A DNA stretch of 63,515 nucleotides, filler included, from Choristocarpus tenellus KU-1152 (Eukaryota; Protista; Phaeophyceae): NCBI GenBank assembly GCA_964200185.2. It is 13 parts of 13 records of this genome, joined end to end, with 100 filler letters (N's around TTAATTAATTAA, not from the genome) between each part and the next. Parts side by side here need not be neighbours in the genome. Positions count along the whole stretch, not along the records: positions 51,978 to 55,113 come from CAXNAD020022064.1; positions 55,214 to 58,144 come from CAXNAD020023570.1; positions 58,245 to 63,515 come from CAXNAD020011294.1; 10 more parts are not named here. One strand, 5' to 3'. Below the pieces are notes generated by a model. It did not search any database. It had not been told where the DNA came from and saw nothing but the letters and a program-made list of their open reading frames with translations. Both the position numbers and the translations under genes were made by a program. Each line of letters opens with the position of its first letter. The stretch's first letter is position 1. Below, one piece after another: positions 52,125 through 62,830 of the stretch.

Positions 52125-54720
52125 GAAACGTTCCTGGAACGACCTGTATAATTGGAAATCTTATTTTGTTCCGCCACATGTAATGTACTCATTCAAAGTA
52201 CAATAAGCGCCCTAAAGAGTCTGTAGAGCACCTTTCAACACGAACACCCCCACTTGCTCTACAAACGCCTGAGCATGTACTCTGATCCTTGGTTGGGCAA
52301 ATCTTCTCTATTTTTGAATCTAGTTACATCCAAGTCAGATAATCATTTCATACTGGTATTGTTCAGAAAATCAAACGACTTTTTTCTTTATTCAACAATT
52401 CATCAATGTAACAATGTGTCATTCATAGTACTTAAAGTTCAACGCCTTAGTGATGAGCACATTAGCATGTTGGTGCTTAGTCTTCACGCAGATGGCGCGG
52501 ACCTTACGTGCCTGGATTGCATTATGAACGAATTGATTTTAAATATGTCTTGTCCTCTTACTGCTGAAGGGGTTGTTTGCCAGTTTGATCGGTCCTTGAT
52601 TGTCCTCCATGATGGGGATGGAGTATTATATCAGACTAGCCATGAAGAAGTATGTCGTACTTGGTGCATAAATAGATCCTCCTCCACAACCCCTGCCAGT
52701 GCAACGTACTCTGACTTCGAAGTGGCTAAAGCTGTCACACCCTGGGTTTGGGAGAACCAGCTGATAGCTGCTCTTCCAAGCAGTACTGCCTCCCCTGATC
52801 CTGATCGTCTATTGTCTGGGCAAGTGACATGGTCCGACTCCTTGAATGCTGACATGCTAACCCCATTGACCTTGAGTCTACCATATGCGATCCCCATATC
52901 CTTAGTCCATCTCCCAGTCTGGACAAGATGATAGATTGATACGTTTAACCTGCCCATTGCCCCTGGAAACCCTGGTTGCTCAATGTATGTTTCGTCATCC
53001 ACATCGGTCTTGAGGAAAGCTTGTTTTAGGTCCAGATGCCGCAAGTCCAGGTCTCCTATTGCTACAGTTGCAAGCAGCATCTTATCGCAGGTTGCCACAA
53101 GTGTAGGTGAGAAAGTCTCTTGAAAGTGCAGTCCTTTGATCTGGCCGAATCCTTTGAGCTACTAGGCAGCGCTTATATTTCTCCCCCTCTCCTTTTCTTC
53201 CGATCTTCCTCTTGAAGAGCACCTCTTCCTCACCACTTGGTTCCACACCTTGTTGTCAATGAAGCCTTTCATCTCGAATTCCATTGCTCGCTGCCAGTGC
53301 GGCCACTCGGGTGAACCATGGGCCTCGTGTATGGTGGTTGACTCTGTGGGAAGATGGCTCACCAGAATTTCCCGTATATCGTTGGCTCCTCCCATATTGC
53401 GAAATGGTCTGCCGTTACCAGACTCCCCACCATGGCAGTATCCCTCTTTATGTTGCCCTCTCTGAGAGAATGTCGCAGAGTTCAGCATCACTGCCAGTAT
53501 CATTACCGCATACAGATCCACACTCCTCGTGCTGCAGATATGATGAGTGATTGATGACCCAAAGTATCTGGGGGGGGGGGGGGTCTACACCAGGGTGTCC
53601 AATTGGGGCATTATAACCAGGAATAGTGCACTTACATTATCCATCCGACATGTGCAACCAAATCACACAAAAATCGCGACATAATAAAATTGACCTCAAA
53701 TGGACAACCGCCACCCAGATACTTTGAGCCTGATTCACAGTGAAATGAGCGGCAGGTTGGCGTAGAGCACGACGAATAAACCTTGGTACTTGCTGTTCCT
53801 GCTCTTACCCGTGGTGATTCTCGAGGGTCGTAGTGACTTCAAATTGCGAATTGGAGTGTCAACTATGAATCGATAGAGTAGAACTCTTCCCCCCTGGGGA
53901 CGTCGCATAAAGATTGTTGCCTTCCTGCTAATTTTCTCTTCAAGCTCTACTCCTTGCCTCGCTGCAACTCTGGTTGCCACGTCATATTTTGGTGGCATAT
54001 ATGAACGTGCCACTCAGATTGTTGTGAGTCAATCCTAGCCTGATGGATTTCACTCGCTGTGGCTCCAGCTTGCGATATCTCATGCTGTACGCATGTACTC
54101 TACCCTGCCAAAGGGTGGGTTTTGTTCAGGGGCAGCTAGTGTCCCGTGTCACAGCTTGTATGGCCAAGTACCACTCTCGTCAGCAGTAGTTGCGCAGATG
54201 TTGATCTCATCACATGCCATAGTCATCCCTTCTGTCCAAAGCCTATCACTTTTACGTTCAGCCAAGTCTTGTAGCATAGCATTTGTCTTCTTTTTTGATA
54301 GTCCTATAGGACTAAAGTATCTGGGGGGGGGTGTCCTGGAGGAACCATGTTTATGTGGGATGGTGAGCTCATTACGTAGGTGTTGGAAGTGTCCCTTGAG
54401 CTATCCACCCTCGCCAGTGCAGGTAATGTTGATCTTCGAGCCAGATGGTGTGGAAAAGTCTGTGATGAAGCTCTTGAGTGGGTCGTTTGAATCTCTTTTC
54501 TTGTTGAGGAACCTGATCCACCTTATCTGGGTGTAGTTGTCGACGAAGATCATTAGATAATGCTTCCCTCCAAGACTAGGTACCATATTTAGTTGCTGGC
54601 TGGTAAAAAGCCTATTCTGAATCTCTCTGCATGGTAACTGATTCAGCTGTCGCCAGGCTTCGCTTGGTGATCCAGCACTTCACACAATCCCAATAGTGAT
54701 TCCCTTGCAGGTGGTGGCGA
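52125..54720 (-). mobile_element. Degenerate Ty1/Copia LTR retrotransposon (integrase, RT, RNase H, PPT, start of 3' LTR)
   Basis: Integrase SLGGKHYLMIFVDNY. RT KGFGQIKGLHFQETFSP, HLDLKQAFL, YIEQP. RNase H DNRRS, ISWFSQTQ...ALATSKSEYVAL, EDNQG, RTRHI. Purine-rich tract GAGCAAGTGGGGG followed by TGTT at 52246. Confidence 0.9.
53556..53730. mobile_element. MITE family B, complete, TSD TGAT, nested in the Copia element
   Basis: TGAT|GACCCAAAGTATCTGGG...CCCAGATACTTTGAGCC|TGAT. Confidence 0.93.
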
Positions 54721-55040
54721 GTGTGTTAATACATAGGGTACTATCTCTTGAGTCTAATACCATCCAGTATTACCATTTCATACTGACTGTTGATTCGTAC
54801 ATTGATAGTGGTCGTTACTCACATTTACATCATTGGTACCTCATCATAGGATCATCAATTACGGTTACCACTCCATGGTGCACAGGAGAAGTCGACATCT
54901 GTCAAAATGCAGGCATAGCATGTGCTATATAAGTTGTCCCATAAATTGATTCAACTTTGTTTCTTTGTTTTTTTATCTTCGCATCAGAACCACCAGTTGT
55001 GTCTCATATGTTGATCATTTTTTTCTTTGGTTTGCCTTAA

Positions 55041-55113
55041 GACCCAAAGTATCAGAGGGAGGGGGGGAGTCTACATCAGGGTGTCCATTTGGACCAAAAT
55101 CAGGAAAAGTGCT
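55041..55113. mobile_element. MITE family B, one end only (cut by spacer)
   Basis: GACCCAAAGTATCAGAGGG...GGGTGTCCATTTGG. Confidence 0.8.
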
Positions 55114-55213
55114 NNNNNNNNNNNNNNNNNNNNNNNNNNNNNNNNNNNNNNNNNNNNTTAATTAATTAANNNNNNNNNNNNNNNNNNNNNNNNNNNNNNN
55201 NNNNNNNNNNNNN

Positions 55214-55870
55214 CTGTCTGTTGGATTCTTGGGATGCCTCCCTAGCTCCCCCCCCCGGGGCACAGGAGTAGGTAGATGGGAAGCAAAGAAAGGAAGACAG
55301 TCGTACAATATTTGATAGTGGTGAAGTAACTGATAGATTATTAGTGGTTTCCACACCTACAATGTTTTATGGTGTTCTTATATTTAGGATATTTTATTTC
55401 TTTAGGACAAATGTTTTCATTGGTTTCCCCTATGACACTTCTGCAAAATGTCAGAGGGCATAATAATAATGTACTATAGATTAAAATAAAATAATGTACT
55501 ATAGCTTTCATTGGTTTTCCGGTGACATATCTCCAAAATGTCAACAGGAATAATAATAATAAAAATATACCATATTAGTTCGTATCTGGATATCATGGTT
55601 TGGGGGTTGTTAGCTGAGTGAAATACGCCTCTTTCCAACTACTCATAGTACCAAAACAATCAAGAAGACGTATCGATTCTGATATCGAATCAATATAACG
55701 ATCCGATTTTCTTCAAGGGGAGAGTATTTTTATTGTTATGCCCTCTTACATTTTGCAGATGTGTCAGGGGGGAAACCAATGAAAACTATACATATGTCGT
55801 TATTAGCCCTAAGGAAATATAATATCCTAGACATAAGAACACTATAAAACATTGTAAGTGTGGAAACCAC
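55214..55870. mobile_element. Cluster of CRE-like 3' ends: 55214-55470 (+), ~55500-55560 (+, short) and ~55730-55870 (-)
   Basis: Each matches 17110-17350 and 28180-28393, including the ...AAAATGTCAGAGGGCA(TAA)n tail. Confidence 0.85.
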
Positions 55871-56320
55871 GAATCTATCACCTTCACGTTTGGATCATTC
55901 CTTAGATTGACTTCCCCTGACCATTCCAAGATTTCTGTCATAATATACAAGAGCTGTTGTTCGGTTACTGTTGCAAGTTTGTGTTCATTGTATCCAACAC
56001 TGGTCACCGAACCATTATGTCCCAACAGTATTTTCAAGAATTAATTTTGATTCCTCATCATAGTCTTGAAGCTTTTGCCAACTAAAAAAGTGTGGGCACA
56101 ACTTCTTTAACCTTTCACTACAACATTGTAGAGTCTTGGAACAGCAACGAAAAAGTCTCGACCTCACTAAGGTTTCTAACTGTTACAAAGGGGTTTCGAA
56201 TGTCTTGAAGACACCACCATGCAAATGTGGGGTTGACTGTCCCAAACTACATGGTACCATATCGAAGATACAGACTCCAAGCCAGAGCTATGGTAAAAAA
56301 CGTGCCTTGCGGTGAGGAAA

Positions 56321-56548
56321 GAGTCAAAGTATCTTAGAGGGTAGAGCCGTCCGTTCGGCGCCCCAAATCCAATGTTGCAAGTTTGATGTAATTTTGATAT
56401 CATGTTTGTTAGGAAGTGTCAATATCCTTGTTCCAGACACACCTTTTTCGTAACATATATGTTATGCCTACTCCAACGAAAATCGTGGGAATCCAAGCCC
56501 CAAAGGGACAAACAGGGAAAAACTCCTACCCTCTAGATACTTTCACTC
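56321..56548. mobile_element. MITE family A, complete (internal deletion), TSD GAAA
   Basis: GAAA|GAGTCAAAGTATCTTAGAGGGTA...GATACTTTCACTC|GAAA. Confidence 0.93.
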
Positions 56549-58591
56549 GAAACGAGATCCAAATGATGTTTTTTACAGAATGTTTGAAATTAGATATTGG
56601 TGTGAACAATTTTTCCAGGGCAATTATCAATTTCGAGAGTTTAGCTGTACAACTAATGCGTGAGAAACAAAGAGTAGAGTTTACACTCGAGAAGTATCGT
56701 TCTGCAAAGATTTTGTGCTTTGCAGCTCCATACCTAACCTCAGTCATGCAAAGATTTAGGGCGTTGGGAACATTGCACATCATGAAGTAAGCATATACAC
56801 CCACAGTTGAATAATATTCTGAATGCCGTAGTATGCCAATAAGATTGAAGTGCCTTGCAATCCTCCCCACCCCCTCAATCTGGGTATTGCTCATATACTC
56901 TCACCCCTAAGATCAAGAGGTGGGCGGTGTAGCAGAGTAAATGCGCCCTATTGGCTCAATGCAAAACACTTGCTATCTTACTAACTTGTGCATAGTAGCT
57001 TTTCATGCCTGTAGTCTACCCCTGTTGAGCATTGCATGACTCTCAGAAACAGCTCAAAAGAGTAACTGTCTCTTCTGTGATATACTGGGCACTAAAGTAT
57101 AGATGGACACCTTACGGGTAGTTGCACACTTGATTGAAATGAGATCTTATATATCATGTACCCTTGTACTCAGTAAATAAAGTGCTGCATCTCTAGCATC
57201 TGTGACCTTCAAGGCTATATATAGAAAAGACATGCAAGATCTTCTTCACTATATATCCAATTGTTGTGATCTCACTACTAGGTGCTGTCGGCACATATAT
57301 GCACTGACCAGTCACTCCCACTGCGGCACTTCCATTGCCTGCTGCACCACTCACTAGGAGACAGTCGTGCCTTGCACGTTTTTTTTAAACTTACTATATA
57401 TTTTTTGCAAAAAATCAATATGCACACATGGTGCAAAATAATATGTATCCTATCTATGGCGTGCATTTCAGCTAGAAATCAAGAAATATTTTATGTTTCC
57501 TGTCACTTTACATAGTGCACAACGGAAGTTCTCCTGACGACTACCAAAATTCAACACCAATTATTACACCTGTCATTCTACTATCATGCAGTTTTGCAAG
57601 AAGGTCTCAAGCTGTGATCCGGCTGCCTGGGGCTCACCTCTCAACCTAAACAAAAAGTCAGCTACAATTGAAGTTACTGGAACAACTGTTACAACACGCT
57701 CCAGAACTTACCTCCACAGGATGTGTAGCTCTAATCCAACGACCTTTAAACGACGCTACTGGGTTATTTCCACAGTTGCTAGCCACTTGCGGTGTGAGCC
57801 ACTCTTGTCTCAATGCTTCACTCAGTGCTTAGCTCAATTGCTTGACTTAATGTTTTATTTGAGAAAGAAAGAATGAAAGAGGTGCGATGAGTGGTGTTAC
57901 AGGCGAATAGCGTGAGCTTTTCTTCCTGTATTTCAACAAAGTTTGAGCATTTGTTACACACGAATAGCGCGAGCATTTTCTCCTTATGTGTTAGGAAATA
58001 CTAACATTTGTAATAGACATACAGTGTGAAGATTGTTTCTCGAGTTCTGACAAGTGCGAACAATATACGATATTAGTAACACATAGGTTAACCTTACAGA
58101 ATAATTGATTATTTTAAGGAGATGCAGAGTAAGATTCGGAATACNNNNNNNNNNNNNNNNNNNNNNNNNNNNNNNNNNNNNNNNNNNNTTAATTAATTAA
58201 NNNNNNNNNNNNNNNNNNNNNNNNNNNNNNNNNNNNNNNNNNNNGTCCTCCGCTGTCACGGGTTTTTCAGGGGAACGGAAAACATGAATTTTCCGGCCCC
58301 CCCCCCCCCAAAAAAAAGGATCCAATTTTAAACACTGAGTTCTTCGAAGTATCTTGTAGGAGTTGAAAAAACAAGCAAACATTCTTAGTATTCAGGAGTA
58401 CTGCTTTCAAGTGCTTCACTAAATGACCACTGGTTCAAATGTAGAGGTTATGTGACCAAAGCAAATTTGGTTCACATACTAGAGTACTTAGGAGTCGTTG
58501 TTGCTGTCTTCGTGAACCCTCCAAAATCTCTCACACGGTTGGCACAAGCCTTCCATTGACTGATAAACGTAGTTGCTGAAGACACTGTAGA

Positions 58592-58853
58592 GAGTGAAAG
58601 TGTCTTAGAGGATACGAATTTTGTCCTGTTTGTCCATTTGGGGCTTCGCTTCCCACAGTTTTTTAAATATGATATTTTACCTACTCTGAAACATTTCGGA
58701 GTAGGTAAAAGGTATACCTTATGAAAAGGACTGTCCGCAACAAGGATATTGACACTTCCTAACAAACACGGTAGTCAAAATTATATCAAAATCGCAACAT
58801 TGGGTTTTGGCCCCCGAATGGACGCGGCTCTACCCTCTAAGATACTTCGACTC
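58592..58853. mobile_element. MITE family A, complete, TSD TAGA
   Basis: TAGA|GAGTGAAAGTGTCTTAGAGG...CCTCTAAGATACTTCGACTC|TAGA. Confidence 0.93.
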
Positions 58854-59902
58854 TAGATTTACTAATGGAACTTTGACCCGACTACTATCATGATGTGAGG
58901 TGTGTCCAAAGGGGTGATAAGCCTTGTGTGCACTACTCCGCCAGTCAGCTCTTCGGCAAGACAAAACCCCTATAAAAGTTCTTGAGTGGTGGGACGTAGG
59001 GAACAGGAGATATAGACTCAAAGATGTAAGATTAGTATCTACAACCAGCACATATAACACGAATTTGCAAGCACATAGTGGTTTCAGTTGCAGGCATCCA
59101 CATTTTGAAATAGACTAACAGTGATCTAACCCTGCTCTTTGAAGTTACACTTACGCCCCACAAGAGCAGCAGAATTTGGATCCTGAATTGCCCATAACCA
59201 AAAAGGAGGAGGGTTAATCTCTGTTCCTAGTCTAGGAAAATATGAGGGTTTTTCCATTTTGATGACCAGCTCTGCAAGGGAAAGATCCCACACAAAGGGC
59301 AATTGCAATTTGTATGCCGGATCTGAAGACTTGGTCAGAGCAGTAAACCCTTCTTTGCCTTGATACACTCTGATTGTCAATCGTCACAGGTCAGTGGTAG
59401 ACTACCATCAGCTTCTGTTATGGAAACGAACACGATCTGATTGAGGCCAGATTTCTTCTCACACAAATTTTATGTACAATGGGAAGGTACACCTGCACCA
59501 TCCTGCCCCCTGCTAAACTACAAAAAATTGTGGATACATCCTGAATAATGGTGGCAAGGCTTCATTGCAACAACCTCTACACTGATAATTCGAGGGAGGA
59601 ATCGGAATGATGATCGATGTGATGACTGCACTCAATGTGCAAGCAAAATGGAAGGTACGAGTTGCAGTATAACAGTTTATAGTTTTAATGAGAAGTCGTT
59701 CAGTGTGTAGTGCCTCTGATCACAGGTCAGTGCGAGGTAGGGTTGAGTTAGATTTCTAGTCCCAGACTAAAGCGCAACATAACAAGATACCACGAGTAAT
59801 ATACAATAGTGTCTCAACAATAGTGACATTGAGCAAGGCACGCCTTTTTGCAAGCAATCTATATTCTGTTCTTGGGCTGGAGAGGTTTGAGCCTCCACTT
59901 GC

Positions 59903-61070
59903 CTCGGAACAGGAATATCAAGCATCTCAGGTGGCAGTTTGAGATCGACCAATATGTCGTCAAGGTTCACATAGTCCCACGGAAATGCCTCTTCTGGAGC
60001 AGGAGGGGGAAGGCGAACCTCGGCATTGGGAGGATTCCATTTCACTAGTTCGTGCTTCAGCTCCAGCACACGCTGCATCACCAACTCAAGAACCATCTTA
60101 AAATGGTCCCCATTGAGGGTAGCAGAGCAATGTTTATCACAGTCAATAGTTGAACAGAAGACCTACAGTCTAGAGGTGGAATATGGAATATCGCAATGAG
60201 GATTTGGCTTGAGCTCACGTGTTTAAACAAGATGCTTTCAAAGTAGAGGTATTTGAAAATCACTAATCCTCGAAAATGATTTCTGAAAAGTTCTCTTTAC
60301 ATTGTGCAACTTCAGCGTCCGTCTTGATAGAATGAACATCTCGGCACAAAACTAGGAGTGAATACTTGAAGGACGATGATGGACCGGACAGTTGTTTTAC
60401 TTAAGGCCGGATGTGCCTCTCTTTCTCTTGTCTCATTGCAAAATCTCAACAAACCTTAACATCTATCCGCTTTTGCGGGTGCACCATGGCGTCATAGCAC
60501 AGCTCGAGATGCTTGAAGATTTGTAGATACTTGATGTATAGGCAGGCGAAATGCTGAAATGCCTCGATGATTGTTGCTTGTGGAGGAGGCGGGGGGGGCT
60601 CCTCACCCTCCAAGATCTCTAGTGAGTTGTCCTCGATATGTACCTGCTCAGAAAAAAGTGGAACTGGTTCTATCATGGCTAGGATTGTGATCAATGCGCC
60701 TCTTTTGTCCGACCTTACCAGCAACACGACAGGTGGTATCACTCCTCAGACAAGATATTTAGAGAAGATAACCTCCGAGAGCTATTCCAAACAATACCAG
60801 AGAGCTAAAATGGATGCATACAGTGGTGTGAGAAGTGTCGAAATTACCTGTTCATTCAGCTCCGCCATAGTATCGCGCCATAGCAGGTCATAAGTTCTGT
60901 GTGGGTGGCACGATGCGATGGCATGAACAAGCGGGCGAGGGATTATTTCGTAATCAACTATTGAGACCCCAATGCAGGGTCCGTACAAAGGAACTAGTAT
61001 TGATAAGGTAGGCAGACTCGAGGTATCACACATTGCATCTCTACTACAGAACCACTTACATATTGGACAT
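59903..61070 (-). CDS. IQCA1: IQ and AAA domain-containing protein (dynein regulatory complex 11); first four exons 61070-61060, 60896-60848, 60643-60455, 60096-59903
   Basis: The spliced product MSNITYDLLW...LYIKYLQIFKHLELCYDAMVHPQKR...RVLELKHELV...DDILVDLKLPPEMLDIPVPR matches the conserved DRC11/IQCA1 N-terminus. Exon phases are consistent. Confidence 0.9.
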
Positions 61071-61393
61071 GGCGAATTCTTTGTGAGGAGTGAGAGTGTG
61101 ATCCTGGCAGTTTCAACAAGCGAATTAATATGGAATTGTAATAAACATGGAAGGCCTTTCCATCATTCAGGACGGAAGGACAGAACTACTGTACTATTGT
61201 CAAAGACCAAAACACCTACACTAACGCGAAGTATCTCAATCGTACAAATGTGTTGGCAGACTGTAGACCTTGCCAAGTAGCATCTGTATATCGGTGTCTT
61301 CACCTAGAGGTCCTTGTGCGATAGAACTGATAGAAGGTACTTCACTCAATAATCATCTCTAGTCCTTGAGGTTGCTTGCCTTTCCTGACGATC

Positions 61394-62357
61394 ATGGGCC
61401 TCAGCAGCTCTCGGACGCTGATACCCTTGAAAGAGGCACATTTAATGCTTGATACAAGACTTCGCAACAAGATAGAGAAGGTGAGGTTGCCTTGCTTCCC
61501 TTTCGATTCACTCAACAATGCATTCATCCTCTCAGGAAGTGCAATGACTCTCCCAAGTGTGCTGAAGGACCAATCTCTGTCGTCACCTTGGCATATATGT
61601 TAGTTTCATGCCACGTTGTTCAATCCATTTATTCTTTAATGCTTCCCCTGCGTCATAATTGCTTTGCCGAAATGTGTGGAAGGCCTTCGAGCGTATCGGG
61701 GACAGAGGGGATAGGCGACCAGGGGAGAGTAATCCAATTGACTTCAAGACCTTCCAGAAGCATTTCCTGGAGGCCTTTCCAACCATGGTAAGCATAGCCT
61801 GTCCAACTATTTATGTATAGACACCCCACCTTGGTCATCATGACTTGTTTTTGATGTAGATTAAGGTTGCAGTCCTGGATTTATGTGGGGTCTGATTTGT
61901 GTTGACGTATCCGAGTATTGTCTCCCAAGGTTTGCACGCCTCGATTCTCTTGGCTTGTTAGGTTACTACGCATTCTTTCTATGACTCTACAGCATTCTAT
62001 CATAAATAATTCGCTATTGCCCCTTCTGCCACTAACCCGTCACTCATACAGCACAGGTCTGTACCTCAGCGAATCACCCACAACCCTACTTCTCTCCATA
62101 GCAGATACCTTATCCTACCCTGTGCATTAGCACGCACCAAATTTACACCTCGAACCTATGGTATCTTGTCCCCACCCAATTGTTAATGTGTACATATTAT
62201 ACGGCCCCCTGGCTGGTAGCCTAAGCTCGTTTGTGAGACCATGTTTGATGCTTTTGGCACTGGGAGGCAAGGGACACTATCTTTGGATGAGGTGATATGT
62301 GCAATGGCCGTCATGCTCAAAGGAAATACGAATGAAAGAATGCGGATGCTTTTTCAG
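61394..62357 (+). CDS. N-myristoylated EF-hand protein (USP32-like / NCS-type N-terminus); exons 61394-61480, 61683-61787, 62220-62357
   Basis: MGLSSSR fits MGxxxS. The spliced sequence KIEK/AFERI...FKTF...M/PKLVCETMFDAFGTGRQGTLSLDEVICAMAVMLKGNTNERMRMLFQ forms an EF-hand pair. All introns are phase-0 GT-AG. Confidence 0.75.
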
Positions 62358-62585
62358 GTGCGCTCTGGGTGGTGCAGGTCATGGCTGACTAATGAAATGC
62401 TTCTGTGTTCTGAGACTTGTCCGCCTTTAACGTACACTGGTTCAGGCTGATGCCTCCCTCGTCCTCGATCTCGTCAATATGATCACATAAAAAATAATGG
62501 TAGAAGCATAGTGTAAGGAGTATTGCCTGTGAGGTCTGCTTGGACTGTGAGTATGTATCCTCCGCCAGTAAAGGACACATTGAGT

Positions 62586-62830
62586 AAGTTTGAGTTCTAC
62601 ACAGTTACAAGCAATGCATATGTTGTGAGAGTATGGAGTTTCAAAGAGAGATTTTCCAGATGAGCTCAGCGATCCCTTAGCAATAGACAGTTTGATCTTC
62701 CAGTAAATGACTCATTGGGCAAGTTTGAGTTCTACACACAGTTATGAGCAACACATATGCTGTGAGAGTATGGAGTTTCAAAGATAGGGTTTCCAGATGA
62801 GCTTAGCAATCCCCTGGAAATAGGCAGTTT
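62586..62830. repeat. Intronic ~110-bp tandem duplication (62586-62693 and 62721-62830)
   Basis: AAGTTTGAGTTCTACACA...GTGAGAGTATGGAGTTTCAAAGA...TTTCCAGATGAGCT occurs twice. Confidence 0.85.

Noticed and set aside
55880-56900. Possible Plavaka/CACTA-like transposase remnant on the minus strand (HLHGGVFK)
   Set aside because: One short motif in fragmented frames; not supportable without a search.
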